Origin: Escherichia phage SKA64 | Length of the DNA stretch: 64,000 nt | Sequence record: OM362897.1 | Direction: 5' to 3' (one strand) | In this document: in pieces, positions 23,645-33,068 of the stretch | Numbering within the stretch: position 1 is the stretch's first letter | Layout of the letters: the number at the start of each line of letters is the position of its first letter | Notes under the pieces: generated by a model | The model's input: the letters and a program-made list of their open reading frames with translations, nothing else | The model's database searches: none | Told to the model about the DNA's origin: nothing | Translations under genes and position numbers: made by a program

Positions 23645-24198
23645 ATACAGGTGTGATTGCCGAAGCCATCCAGAGTTATGGACGCTTTGCTGAAATGTTA
23701 GATGTTCCTTATTTAGTGGATGCAGATATTTTGGCATTCACACTGCCACCTGGCAAAGAAGATGCTCCTTTGGGGCATCCTAATGGGAAGTTTTATGTTG
23801 CCAGTGCCGAGCAATCATTCTTGCAAATGGAAAAGGATGGCTACGAGTTTATCGCTGGTCATCCCTACATGGCCCTGACACCATGTTACCGCACAGAGGA
23901 AGTGTTGGATGATTTTCACTTCAACATCTTCTTGAAGCTGGAGTTGATTGAGTTCTATCCCAGCTTTGGTGAAGTGAAAGAGTATGCCGAAGAAATGCGA
24001 TACTTCTTCTGGACCTACTACAAAGTCCAAACAAGAATTGTAGAAACAGAAATAGGGCTTGACGTGGAAGACATGAATGGTTTAGAATTAGGGTCATTCG
24101 GAACAAGATTGTCCCCACAAGGTCATCCATATATTTATGCAACAGCCATAGCCGAACCTCGTGCATCTATGGCAATTAACAGGAGGAATCATGATTAA
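23641..24198 (+). CDS. hypothetical protein (185 aa)
   Basis: ORF track; GGAGGAAGG RBS. Confidence 0.6.
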   Translation: MNTGVIAEAIQSYGRFAEMLDVPYLVDADILAFTLPPGKEDAPLGHPNGKFYVASAEQSFLQMEKDGYEFIAGHPYMALTPCYRTEEVLDDFHFNIFLKLELIEFYPSFGEVKEYAEEMRYFFWTYYKVQTRIVETEIGLDVEDMNGLELGSFGTRLSPQGHPYIYATAIAEPRASMAINRRNHD

Positions 24199-25579
24199 TA
24201 AATTTGCCCGTAAACAGGAAGTTGCTGAAGCAGCACGTCGCGCTGGTGTGTATGACAAATTGTGTGAAGGTATTGTGAAGGTGTATGGCTGGGAGGGAGA
24301 AGATGATCCAACCTGTTCAGGTGATTTTGCAATGAACGATATGACCTTCCCATATATTTCCTACAATGCCTCCACTGGTGAAATAAACGGTGTAACCAGC
24401 ACCAGTGTTGATCGTTATCCAGACGCAGAACAAACCACAGGAGGTTACATGTTAGATCTGATTCTTAAGAAATCAGGGTTATTGGGAATCGAAGACGTTT
24501 TCGTAGATGCAGATAGTTTATCATTAGGAGATGTTGTTAAACTACTGGTAGACTTTAGATTTGCAACAGGTAAAAGCTTCTGGAAGCCAGAAGATGCTGA
24601 ACGTTTGAAGACAATCGATCCAAGTATGTATGAACTGCCACAATATAAAGATAAACAATTCCGCAAGGTTATCTTCTTTGATCGTCAAGCAGGCTTAGAT
24701 GCAATGCATATTGAAGTTGGGGATTTACCACGCCCACACTCTGCTGCTACTGGTGATCGCGGCCTTGTAGAAGTCACGGCTCAAGAATTTAAAAATATGT
24801 TTGCTGCGAAATACGATGAAGCTGCGCCTGTGCCAAGTATTGAGGAGCAAGAGGAAGAACAGTTTGTAGCGGAAGATACTGCATTTGAATATCTGCCGAA
24901 CACAGGTGTTATGCCTTCAGAAGATTTCGTGCAGGTTCGCTTCAACAATGGTCAAACAGATGTTGCTAAGGGAACAGTATTCACTTGGAATATCGACAAT
25001 CTGGAAGAGTGGGCGATTAAAGAATACTTCATTCTCCCGCGCACGGCAAAATACAACTATAATAATGGTGGACACCGCCCTTGTGGTGGTCACGTAGAAG
25101 TTCTCTTTCGTGACGGAACTACGGATAGTGGATCGGCTACGCATTTCACTTGGGGTCATGTTGGATATGATCGGGATATTGTTGGTTGGCTTCCAACTAA
25201 CAACCCTAAACCACGTTACCGTAAGCCTCGTAAGAAGCCTCCGGTAGGTAAGAAGAGTGTCGTTCGTGTCCTCTACACTACACAACAGACATACACATTT
25301 AAAAATGTGGTTGATGTGCAAGTAACCGAGGAGCGGGTTTATATTCAATATGATCGTGAAGTTACAGAGGGTATCAAAGAATCGGTTACTACCGAAATTG
25401 AAAATAAGCTTGTTATGGCTATCATTGTGGAAGAAAGTAAAGTAGAGAACGGTAAAGCCTATACTGTTCGTGATAGCTTCTTGCGTAATATCGATGGAAC
25501 TTGGGATTATAATGGACACGATGGGACCGCTGTAAAGAACGGTAAGATCATGGGAAGACAATTCCTCTCCAAACGATAA
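24191..25579 (+). CDS. hypothetical protein (462 aa)
   Basis: start set to ATG at 24191 after AGGAGGAATC. Confidence 0.6.
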   Translation: MINKFARKQEVAEAARRAGVYDKLCEGIVKVYGWEGEDDPTCSGDFAMNDMTFPYISYNASTGEINGVTSTSVDRYPDAEQTTGGYMLDLILKKSGLLGIEDVFVDADSLSLGDVVKLLVDFRFATGKSFWKPEDAERLKTIDPSMYELPQYKDKQFRKVIFFDRQAGLDAMHIEVGDLPRPHSAATGDRGLVEVTAQEFKNMFAAKYDEAAPVPSIEEQEEEQFVAEDTAFEYLPNTGVMPSEDFVQVRFNNGQTDVAKGTVFTWNIDNLEEWAIKEYFILPRTAKYNYNNGGHRPCGGHVEVLFRDGTTDSGSATHFTWGHVGYDRDIVGWLPTNNPKPRYRKPRKKPPVGKKSVVRVLYTTQQTYTFKNVVDVQVTEERVYIQYDREVTEGIKESVTTEIENKLVMAIIVEESKVENGKAYTVRDSFLRNIDGTWDYNGHDGTAVKNGKIMGRQFLSKR

Positions 25580-25585
25580 AACTTA

Positions 25586-25610
25586 AAGGCGCACTTTGCG
25601 CCTTTTTTGA
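25586..25610 (+). terminator. rho-independent terminator
   Basis: AAAGGCGCA-CTT-TGCGCCTTTTTTGA. Confidence 0.7.
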
Positions 25611-25679
25611 TTTTCCTCAAAGCTTTTTTCGGTTGGAAGAGGTAGAATAATAGTTCTACTCACAAAATAAGGATTAATA

Positions 25680-27494
25680 ATGAAAGATTTGTACCAAGAT
25701 GTTTTTTCTTTTTTAGATCGCACTTCAGAAACATACACTAGAGAGAATGCAAACAAACCTTCCCACCTCGTTAACACACATAGGGATCTCTTGGCGGGGA
25801 TTTTAAGCAAACATATGGCAATGACACAGATACTGCCAAAAAACTTGTCAGAATGGCATACAGAAGGTTTTGGACATATTCACGACTTGGATTATCTGCT
25901 CTCTCCTCTTACAAACTGTTGTCTTGTTAATTATCAAGATATGTTAGAAAATGGTTTTAAGATCGGTGCCGCACAAATAGAAAAACCAAAATCTATTGGA
26001 GTAGCTACCACAGTGCTAACTCAAATCATCCAAGCTGTTGCCTCCAGTCAGTATGGAGGTCAGACGTGTGCGCACATTGATAAAGGTCTTAGTCCTTATG
26101 TTGAAGCTAGTTTCCTTAAAAACATGGAGATAACCAAACGTCGCTACGGTTGTTATGCAAGGAAAGAAGCCCTAGAAATGACCGAACAAGATGTATACGA
26201 TGCTATGCAAACTCTCTTGTATCAGGTTAATACTTTAATGAGTGTTAATGGACAATCTCCTTTTATTACAATCAGTATGGGTCTGGATACCTCTGTTTTT
26301 GGCAGAATGATCACAGCTAACTATCTTAAAGTGCATAGTAATGGTCTAGGCAAAGATCATGTAACGCCTGTATTCCCTAAAGTTATTTTCTTTTTACAAG
26401 AAGGTGTTAACATGAAACCTAGTGATCCTAACTATGACCTTAAGCAACAAGCTTTGGCATGTTGTGCTGATCGTATTTATCCAGATTTTATTTCTGTTCC
26501 TTTGAACAAAGAAGTTACGGGATCAGCAGATGGCACTGTTACGAGTATGGGTTGTCGTTCCTTTTTGTCGTACTATGCCACCGAACAAGGAGAAAAATAC
26601 GATGGACGATTCAACCTTGGAGTAGTTTCTATCAACTTACCTCTGATCGCTGCGGAAGCGAGAAGTAAAGGAGAATCTTTCACCGATCTTCTTAATAAAC
26701 ATATGGAGATAGCCTACGATGCTCACATGCTACGTGTAAACCGTATCAGACATACCAAAGCATCTGAAAACCCTATTCTTTTCATGGAAGGGGCTTTAGC
26801 TCGTTTAAATGCCAACGATGAAATTGGTGTTTTGTTTGAAGGTGGTTATGCTTCTATTAGTATTGGTTATGTAGGTCTTGCCGAAGCTTTGGAAATCCTT
26901 TATCCAGAAGAAAAAGATAAAAAGGAACTTGGTAAAAACATTCTGCAACATATGAAAGATGTGTGTGCTGTGTTTAAAGAACGATCTAATTTGGCGTTTA
27001 GTCTCTATGGAACTCCAGCAGAATCTTTGTGCTATAAGTTTGCAACAGCTTTAAATGAAAAATACCCAGGTTTGGTAGAAAGAGACTATCTTACTAACTC
27101 TTTTCATCAACCTGTGTGGTTGGTAACAAACCCTTTTGAAAAATGGGATTATGAAGCAGGTTTTGCACAGATTAGTAATGGTGGTAACATAAGTTATGTC
27201 GAAACACCAAACTTAAAGAATAACTTAGAAGCTTTGGAGACTTTAGTAGACTACGCTTATGAACATATTCACTATTTTGGTATTAATCAGCCCGTGGATC
27301 AATGCTTTAAGTGTGGTTTTCATGGGGAATTTAAGGCAACGGCTAAAGGGTTTGAGTGTCCTGATTGTGGCAACCATGAAGAAGAAACTATTTCTGTAGT
27401 TAGACGTGTGTCAGGGTATCTTTCTGCCCCTAACTCACGCCCTTACAACAAAGGTAAAATGCAGGAAGTTTTGCAAAGGGAGAAACATCTTTGA
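25680..27494 (+). CDS. nrdD: anaerobic (class III) ribonucleoside-triphosphate reductase
   Basis: 604 aa; C-terminal Cys4 ribbon CFKCG...CPDCG and glycyl-radical motif RRVSGYL. Confidence 0.85.
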   Translation: MKDLYQDVFSFLDRTSETYTRENANKPSHLVNTHRDLLAGILSKHMAMTQILPKNLSEWHTEGFGHIHDLDYLLSPLTNCCLVNYQDMLENGFKIGAAQIEKPKSIGVATTVLTQIIQAVASSQYGGQTCAHIDKGLSPYVEASFLKNMEITKRRYGCYARKEALEMTEQDVYDAMQTLLYQVNTLMSVNGQSPFITISMGLDTSVFGRMITANYLKVHSNGLGKDHVTPVFPKVIFFLQEGVNMKPSDPNYDLKQQALACCADRIYPDFISVPLNKEVTGSADGTVTSMGCRSFLSYYATEQGEKYDGRFNLGVVSINLPLIAAEARSKGESFTDLLNKHMEIAYDAHMLRVNRIRHTKASENPILFMEGALARLNANDEIGVLFEGGYASISIGYVGLAEALEILYPEEKDKKELGKNILQHMKDVCAVFKERSNLAFSLYGTPAESLCYKFATALNEKYPGLVERDYLTNSFHQPVWLVTNPFEKWDYEAGFAQISNGGNISYVETPNLKNNLEALETLVDYAYEHIHYFGINQPVDQCFKCGFHGEFKATAKGFECPDCGNHEEETISVVRRVSGYLSAPNSRPYNKGKMQEVLQREKHL

Positions 27495-27961
27495 ATTTTG
27501 CAGGATATGAACCTGTAGATCTTATTAATGGCGAGGGAGTTAGGTGCTCCCTCTGGGTTAGTGGTTGTAGCCACGGTTGTCGTGGCTGTTTTAACCAAAA
27601 AGCCTGGTCTTATTCTTATGGGAAACCGTTCACTCACGAAAATGTAGAGCAAGTTTTAAAAGATTTGTCAAGACCGTTTGTAAAAGGTTTAACAATTTTA
27701 GGAGGAGAGCCATTAGATCCACAGAATATTTACAATGTTAAAAACCTTATAGAAAAGGTTAGAGACGTTTATGGGTCAAGCAAAGATATAATGGTGTATA
27801 CAGGGTATACTTTTGAGGAAGTGCCTTTGTATATTAAAAATCTTGTTGACATTATTGTAGACGGAAAGTATGAAATAAACAATCCAACTACAAAACCTTT
27901 CAGAGGGTCAGATAATCAAAGATTATGGACCAAAACGGCAAGTGGTTGGCAATCAGATTAA
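27491..27961 (+). CDS. nrdG: anaerobic ribonucleotide reductase activating protein (radical SAM)
   Basis: CSHGCRGCFN cluster near N-terminus; TTG start overlapping nrdD stop. Confidence 0.8.
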   Translation: MNFAGYEPVDLINGEGVRCSLWVSGCSHGCRGCFNQKAWSYSYGKPFTHENVEQVLKDLSRPFVKGLTILGGEPLDPQNIYNVKNLIEKVRDVYGSSKDIMVYTGYTFEEVPLYIKNLVDIIVDGKYEINNPTTKPFRGSDNQRLWTKTASGWQSD

Positions 27962-27974
27962 CTTAGGAGGTTTC

Positions 27975-28166
27975 ATGGTTACATATTTTGCTGTAGGAGA
28001 TAGAGTAGGGACGGCAGGAGAACTTTTGAAGAACAGTGATCGGGACGTTAAGGACATTCTTGCAACCCTTGTGGATATTTTACAAAGAAAAGAGTTGCTT
28101 TCTGATCGAGATGTTGCTAAATTACTTGATATCGGAGGAGATGAACTTCAAAGACTTCCATTTTAA
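27975..28166 (+). CDS. hypothetical protein (63 aa)
   Basis: track ORF trimmed to ATG at 27975 after TTAGGAGG. Confidence 0.5.
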   Translation: MVTYFAVGDRVGTAGELLKNSDRDVKDILATLVDILQRKELLSDRDVAKLLDIGGDELQRLPF

Positions 28167-28181
28167 GTGAGGAGATAAGTA

Positions 28182-28787
28182 ATGCAACATAGTGTAGTAG
28201 TCAACATGCCGAATAGTGGGGATAAATCTTTTGGTGTCCCTGCTAAAAAAGTGTGGAAAGCCCATTTTCATCTTACTTTATCTAACGTTAGTTCTGAAGA
28301 GTTGATGAAAGCAGCTAAGATTATTGGTGCCAAATGCACAACAATTGATTTACATCGGGATACAAAGTCTCAACGTGATCGTATGTTAACAAAGTATCAA
28401 AGCGATCTCGACACTACTTTAATGTTGCAGTGTGTAGAAAAACTTGAGAATGCAGGTTTCAATGTTGTTCGTTACAAACTGGAACGAATGTTTAAACATG
28501 TTGCCTGTGTTCTTTTCATGGATCTAAGTAAAGAAAATTACGGAGAAGTTCACATTAAGACTTCAGCAAGTGATCCCGAAGTAGAAACAAACTTCTTCCG
28601 TATTTCTTCTAATGCTGAAGAAATTGATTACCGATTTTATAATGCTCGCTTATATTCCGCAGAAGATAAGTTGCGTTTCAATGAAGCGTATGATATGCTC
28701 TTGAACAGTGGGATACAGATAAAAGGCTACCACATAGAACAAGTGGTAGTGGACAGTAATCTTAACTTAGACGCATGGTGGGCTTAA
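28182..28787 (+). CDS. hypothetical protein (201 aa)
   Basis: ORF track; GAGGAGA RBS; single HLTL motif, no confident family. Confidence 0.55.
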   Translation: MQHSVVVNMPNSGDKSFGVPAKKVWKAHFHLTLSNVSSEELMKAAKIIGAKCTTIDLHRDTKSQRDRMLTKYQSDLDTTLMLQCVEKLENAGFNVVRYKLERMFKHVACVLFMDLSKENYGEVHIKTSASDPEVETNFFRISSNAEEIDYRFYNARLYSAEDKLRFNEAYDMLLNSGIQIKGYHIEQVVVDSNLNLDAWWA

Positions 28788-28788
28788 T

Positions 28789-29445
28789 ATGACTATTAAA
28801 CATATCTCTTTTGATGTATGGAACACACTGATCACAGCAAACTCCAATTACGCAGACATGCGAGCCTGGACTATCGCAAAATATGGAGATATTACGGAAG
28901 TTGAAGCAAGAGCAGCTTATAAAAAGATCAAAAAGGAACTGGATAATGCAGCACTTCAAGGCAAAGCCGAGTGTGCAGCATACGCCTGGGAAAGACTTGG
29001 TTCTGAACTTGGGATAACGCCTTGGAAGTCTGCAAAGCTTCGTTTCGAGTGTGAACAGTGGTTCCTTAAGTTTCCACCACACGTAGCCGTAGATCTGCCG
29101 ATGTACTTGCTGTATCTTTCTGGGCGTTATGATTTGAGTATTAAGAGCAATACCAACTTCATATCAGGGGATATTCTGCGTCGTGCTTGTAAGTTTGATA
29201 GTTGGAATTGTTTTGAGTTCACCCATTTCTCGGATGAAGCTTTACTTTGTAAACCAGATCCGCGATTCTTTGCTCGCACGCTCACGTATTCTCCGATCCC
29301 TCTGTTAGGGCACGAAGTGTTGCACGTAGGCGATAGTGAAGAATATGATGGAAAATGTGTTGACTTAGGGTTTAACTTCTGTCATATTAAGAACCCTAAC
29401 GACTTACTAGAGAAACTTAAAAGAGGAGAAATTGTAAATGCGTAA
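28789..29445 (+). CDS. HAD-superfamily hydrolase-like protein
   Basis: motif I FDVWNTL (dehalogenase-type DxYGT-like), motif IV VGDSEEYDG. Confidence 0.55.
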   Translation: MTIKHISFDVWNTLITANSNYADMRAWTIAKYGDITEVEARAAYKKIKKELDNAALQGKAECAAYAWERLGSELGITPWKSAKLRFECEQWFLKFPPHVAVDLPMYLLYLSGRYDLSIKSNTNFISGDILRRACKFDSWNCFEFTHFSDEALLCKPDPRFFARTLTYSPIPLLGHEVLHVGDSEEYDGKCVDLGFNFCHIKNPNDLLEKLKRGEIVNA

Positions 29446-30265
29446 TCAAACTCAAATTTTTGCAAATAAATTTGATGACCTGGAAACTGCTACTTTTGAT
29501 ATCCAAGATTATTCAAAATTGAAATTTGGTAGTAACCAAGCTGCGCGTCGTATGGGTAAAGAATTGGCACTTCAGTTTTTTGCTCAAGTGGCAATGAAAC
29601 ATATTGGGGAACAATTTGTTATCATTCCTTCTCCTTACAACCATGTGCATAATGCTGCAACAATGATGACAGATCATTTTATTAATTACTTCAATATGTT
29701 GCAAGCACAATATGATCAAGGTCGTTCAGCAGAACTGGACATTATTCATCGTAAAGTTAGCTATATCAACGATTATGGTTTCTTGGATAAAGCTAGTCGT
29801 AAGAAACTTATTGATGGGGATACATTCTACTGTAACAAAGAATTCTGGGGTGATAAGAAGCTTGTGTTTATTGATGATGTAAATATCACTGGAACTCATG
29901 AAGACAAACTGATTGAGATCCTTGATGAAAATCAAGTTAAAAATGATGTTTACTTCTTGTATTTTGCAAAATACGAAGGTAATCAAGCAGATACCGAAGC
30001 TAAACTGAATTTTAATTATATTAATACACCAGAAGCGTTTGTTAAAATGATTAATGAAGAACGTGATGCACAGTGTCTTGTTCGTCCTATTAAGTATCTT
30101 ATGGGCCAAAATCACGAAGACTTCAAAATCATTCTTAGCCAATTACCACACTACTATGTAGAGCAACTTTTCTTCGGATGTTTGGGAGAAGGTTACAACC
30201 GAATTTCAAAGTATGCCGAAAACTTTGAATTCTTGGATCGTTACACAAAACAACACATTCTGTAA
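29438..30265 (+). CDS. phosphoribosyltransferase (type I PRTase fold)
   Basis: PRPP-binding motif KKLVFIDDVNITGT. Confidence 0.6.
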   Translation: MRNQTQIFANKFDDLETATFDIQDYSKLKFGSNQAARRMGKELALQFFAQVAMKHIGEQFVIIPSPYNHVHNAATMMTDHFINYFNMLQAQYDQGRSAELDIIHRKVSYINDYGFLDKASRKKLIDGDTFYCNKEFWGDKKLVFIDDVNITGTHEDKLIEILDENQVKNDVYFLYFAKYEGNQADTEAKLNFNYINTPEAFVKMINEERDAQCLVRPIKYLMGQNHEDFKIILSQLPHYYVEQLFFGCLGEGYNRISKYAENFEFLDRYTKQHIL

Positions 30266-30278
30266 TAAGGAGCTAAAA

Positions 30279-30752
30279 ATGCTTAAAATGAAAACAGGTA
30301 ATCTTATTGATGCCGCTAAAGCAGGTGAAGTAACTGTTATTGCTCATTGTTGCAATTGTATGTGTAATATGGGGGCAGGTATTGCCCCACAAATCAAACG
30401 AGCATTTCCTTACGCATATGCAGCAGACTTAGACACAATGGCTGGTGATCAAAGTAAACTAGGTTGTTTTAGTTTAGGGGTGCCAGACGAACAATCAGAT
30501 CCTTTGGTATATAATCTATACGGGCAGTATCGTTATGGATACAATGCTAAAGGTCGTCAGTTGGACTATGATGCACTTTACGATGCACTAATAGCTATGG
30601 CTAACGATTTGCTTCTCCGTGACCAAAAATGTAAGATCGGCTTACCTATGATTGGCGCTGGATATGCTGGAGGTAATTGGGCTATCATCCAAGTGATGAT
30701 TGAAGAAACTTTAGTAAAAACAGGTCACGATGTGACTATTTATAAACTTTAA
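30279..30752 (+). CDS. macro-domain protein (ADP-ribose binding/processing)
   Basis: start at ATG 30279 after TAAGGAG; N-terminal segment NLIDAAKAGEVTVIAHCCNCMCNMGAGIAPQI and C-terminal LPMIGAGYAGGNW resemble macro-domain signatures. Confidence 0.5.
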   Translation: MLKMKTGNLIDAAKAGEVTVIAHCCNCMCNMGAGIAPQIKRAFPYAYAADLDTMAGDQSKLGCFSLGVPDEQSDPLVYNLYGQYRYGYNAKGRQLDYDALYDALIAMANDLLLRDQKCKIGLPMIGAGYAGGNWAIIQVMIEETLVKTGHDVTIYKL

Positions 30753-30764
30753 GAGGAGATTAGT

Positions 30765-30986
30765 ATGGGTGTTTTTGCAGGTATTGTTGCAGTGGTAAGC
30801 TTTTTTGTTATTGCTTTTATGCTTAGTTTGATTCCAGCTTGGTTACTGTTGCTGGCTTACAACTATGTTGCTGAAGTTATGGGTCATGCAGATATCACTG
30901 TCCCAGTAACCTTCTGGACCGTGGTTTGTGTTTCGTTTATTCTGGCTGTATTACGAGGAATCTTTTCCTCTCATTCAACAAAATAA
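30765..30986 (+). CDS. small membrane protein (73 aa)
   Basis: ORF track; GAGGAGA RBS; two hydrophobic helices. Confidence 0.6.
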   Translation: MGVFAGIVAVVSFFVIAFMLSLIPAWLLLLAYNYVAEVMGHADITVPVTFWTVVCVSFILAVLRGIFSSHSTK

Positions 30987-30989
30987 GTG

Positions 30990-31017
30990 TTGACATAGTT
31001 CTTAAAAAGAGTAAGAT
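30990..31017 (+). promoter_or_regulatory. sigma70-like promoter
   Basis: TTGACA-N16-TAAGAT. Confidence 0.6.
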
Positions 31018-31029
31018 ATATCACATGAA

Positions 31030-31048
31030 GCGGGGAATAGTTCCCCGC
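31030..31048 (+). promoter_or_regulatory. PeSL-like 5' leader stem-loop (only plus-strand copy)
   Basis: GCGGGGAA-TAG-TTCCCCGC between promoter and AGAGGAGAAAAG RBS. Confidence 0.55.
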
Positions 31049-31065
31049 AAAGAGAGGAGAAAAGA

Positions 31066-32040
31066 ATGCAACTTGGTTTCCCCATTATTGATGTAGTTGT
31101 TTTAGTTGGTATTTTAGCATTGTCTATTGGTATCGATTTCTTTGGTCACAAAGAAAATAAAGAAATTTCATTCAAATCCGCAGTTGATTGGTCGATCTTT
31201 TGGATTGGTGTATCATTAGCTTATTATGGTTTTGTATACTTCCAACATGGTGCCGATTTTGCTAACTTGTTTTTAAGTGGATATGTGTTGGAAAAATCTT
31301 TGTCGGTAGATAACTTAGTAGTATTTGTAGCAGTATTCGCAAGTTTTGGTATTAAAAGCACACACTTGCAGCACAAGATTCTACTTTGGGGTATTGCAGG
31401 TGCGATTGTCTTCCGAGGTGTGTTTGTAGCAGTAGGCACTTACTTGTTAAGTTTGGGCTGGTATGTTAATATCTTCTTCGGTGCGGTCATCCTTTTCTGT
31501 GCAGCTAAAATGGTATTTGCTGGAGATAATGACGCAGAAGTTGATTACTCTAAACACTGGGCTACCCGTATTGTTCGTAAACTGTTCCCTGTATCTAATA
31601 AAATGGATGGGGAGAAGTTCTTCACAATCGAAAATGGTGTTCGTGTAGCAACTCCAGCTTTGGTTTGCGTATTCGTGATGGAAATGGTGGATGTAATCTT
31701 TGCAGTAGATTCGGTTCCAGCGGTGATCGCAGTGACACAAGAACCCCTACTTGTATTCTCTTCGATGTTATGTGCAATCTTAGGTCTACGTGCTCTGTTC
31801 TTTGTTCTTAGTGTCGCACTGAAGTATCTGGTTCACTTGGAGAAAGCAGTTATTGTGGTTCTGGTGTTTGTAGGCGTTAAACTGATGTATCACCCGTTTG
31901 CAGAAACATTGCATGAGAAAATGAGTTTCCTGCCAGCACATATTGATCCAACTATTAGTATGTATATCGTGCTTGGTACTTTGGCCCTTGGTGTTATTGC
32001 AAGCTTTATCTTCCCTGAAAAAGAAGAAGCTACTATTTAA
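31066..32040 (+). CDS. TerC/Alx-family integral membrane protein
   Basis: multi-pass membrane protein; LSGYVLEKSLSVDNLVVFVAVF and FGAVILFCAAKMVFAGD blocks resemble TerC/Alx family. Confidence 0.8.
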   Translation: MQLGFPIIDVVVLVGILALSIGIDFFGHKENKEISFKSAVDWSIFWIGVSLAYYGFVYFQHGADFANLFLSGYVLEKSLSVDNLVVFVAVFASFGIKSTHLQHKILLWGIAGAIVFRGVFVAVGTYLLSLGWYVNIFFGAVILFCAAKMVFAGDNDAEVDYSKHWATRIVRKLFPVSNKMDGEKFFTIENGVRVATPALVCVFVMEMVDVIFAVDSVPAVIAVTQEPLLVFSSMLCAILGLRALFFVLSVALKYLVHLEKAVIVVLVFVGVKLMYHPFAETLHEKMSFLPAHIDPTISMYIVLGTLALGVIASFIFPEKEEATI

Positions 32041-32045
32041 TAAAT

Positions 32046-32070
32046 GAGCCTCCTTCGGGAGGCTATTTTA
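32046..32070 (+). terminator. rho-independent terminator
   Basis: AGCCTCC-TTCG-GGAGGCT followed by ATTTTAT. Confidence 0.65.
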
Positions 32071-32082
32071 TAGGAGAGACTT

Positions 32083-32433
32083 ATGAGTAATTTTGATGAA
32101 ATTCAAGAACTTGTTTGGGATTTATCTGGTGATGTGGATTACATTTCAGATTATCTTTCAAAAGTTTACCCTGGGGTAAGCGTTATGATTGTGACCAAAG
32201 ATCCAATTAGTTTGCCTCCCAATGTTGTAGCTTGTTGTGGAAGTGGTTCAGGAGAAGTAGAGCCTGTATCTCGTTGGGAATTAACTAAAGCTGTTTCAAA
32301 ACGAAACGGTGAAGTTTTGAATATTGATATTGAGCAAATATGGACTTCTCCAGCAGCCAAATGGAATGATCCAAATGGTTGGGATTTGTTCTTCTGGGAT
32401 AATGAGACTGATGATGAGGTGTTTTTAAAATGA
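32083..32433 (+). CDS. hypothetical protein (116 aa)
   Basis: ORF track; AGGAGAGA RBS. Confidence 0.6.
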   Translation: MSNFDEIQELVWDLSGDVDYISDYLSKVYPGVSVMIVTKDPISLPPNVVACCGSGSGEVEPVSRWELTKAVSKRNGEVLNIDIEQIWTSPAAKWNDPNGWDLFFWDNETDDEVFLK

Positions 32434-32675
32434 AATACTTGTTGGTTGTGTTTGAAAATATCTGTTTTGCAATAGGGTTGTTTGTTGTAATTTTTGTATT
32501 GACAAGCGTAATCAACGGCAGTAAAGTGAGTTTATACCGAGATGGAGAGCAACTTTATTGCTTCTCTGGAGATTTCAAACACAGATGTATTAATAGCCAA
32601 AACGAGGAAAGCAAATATGAAAAAACTAGCCCTGATTTTAATTGGTTGTATCTTTTTAACAGCTTGCGAGGATGA
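32430..32675 (+). CDS. small membrane protein (81 aa), overlaps next gene
   Basis: ORF track; ATGA start overlap; hydrophobic N-terminus; 3' end overlaps lipoprotein gene by 59 nt. Confidence 0.35.
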   Translation: MKYLLVVFENICFAIGLFVVIFVLTSVINGSKVSLYRDGEQLYCFSGDFKHRCINSQNEESKYEKTSPDFNWLYLFNSLRG

Positions 32676-33054
32676 AACAAATCCTGCACAATACCAACAA
32701 CCTCCTCAACAATACGCTCAACAAGGATCTGACGGAGATACAACTATTATCAACAATGGTGGCGGTTCTAGTAGTAGCGGTGTTGGTGAGTTTGCTACAG
32801 GTATGTTGTTAGGGCATATGATGAGTGGCGGTAGTAATCGTAGCAGTGGGGATTATAACGATAACAGAACGATTATTAATAAGCATTATAATACACCTAA
32901 ACCGAAAACTAATTTTTATGGTAAGCCTAAACAAGAGATAAAAACTTATGAAAAGCCGAGACAAACTTTTAAAACAAATAGTAGCTATACAACTCGTAAA
33001 TCTTACAATAGCCCTTTAAGTAAAAAGAGTTCATCTCGTAGCAAGCGACGTTAA
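32617..33054 (+). CDS. lipoprotein with Gly/Ser-rich linker
   Basis: start ATG 32617 after GAGGAAAG; signal peptide plus lipobox LTAC; GGGSSSSG low-complexity segment. Confidence 0.6.
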   Translation: MKKLALILIGCIFLTACEDETNPAQYQQPPQQYAQQGSDGDTTIINNGGGSSSSGVGEFATGMLLGHMMSGGSNRSSGDYNDNRTIINKHYNTPKPKTNFYGKPKQEIKTYEKPRQTFKTNSSYTTRKSYNSPLSKKSSSRSKRR

Positions 33055-33068
33055 TAAGGAGAAAAACA

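Noticed and set aside
28182-28787. 2H phosphoesterase (LigT-like) assignment for the 201-aa protein
   Set aside because: Only one H-x-T-x motif (HLTL) found; the second required motif is absent, so left as hypothetical.
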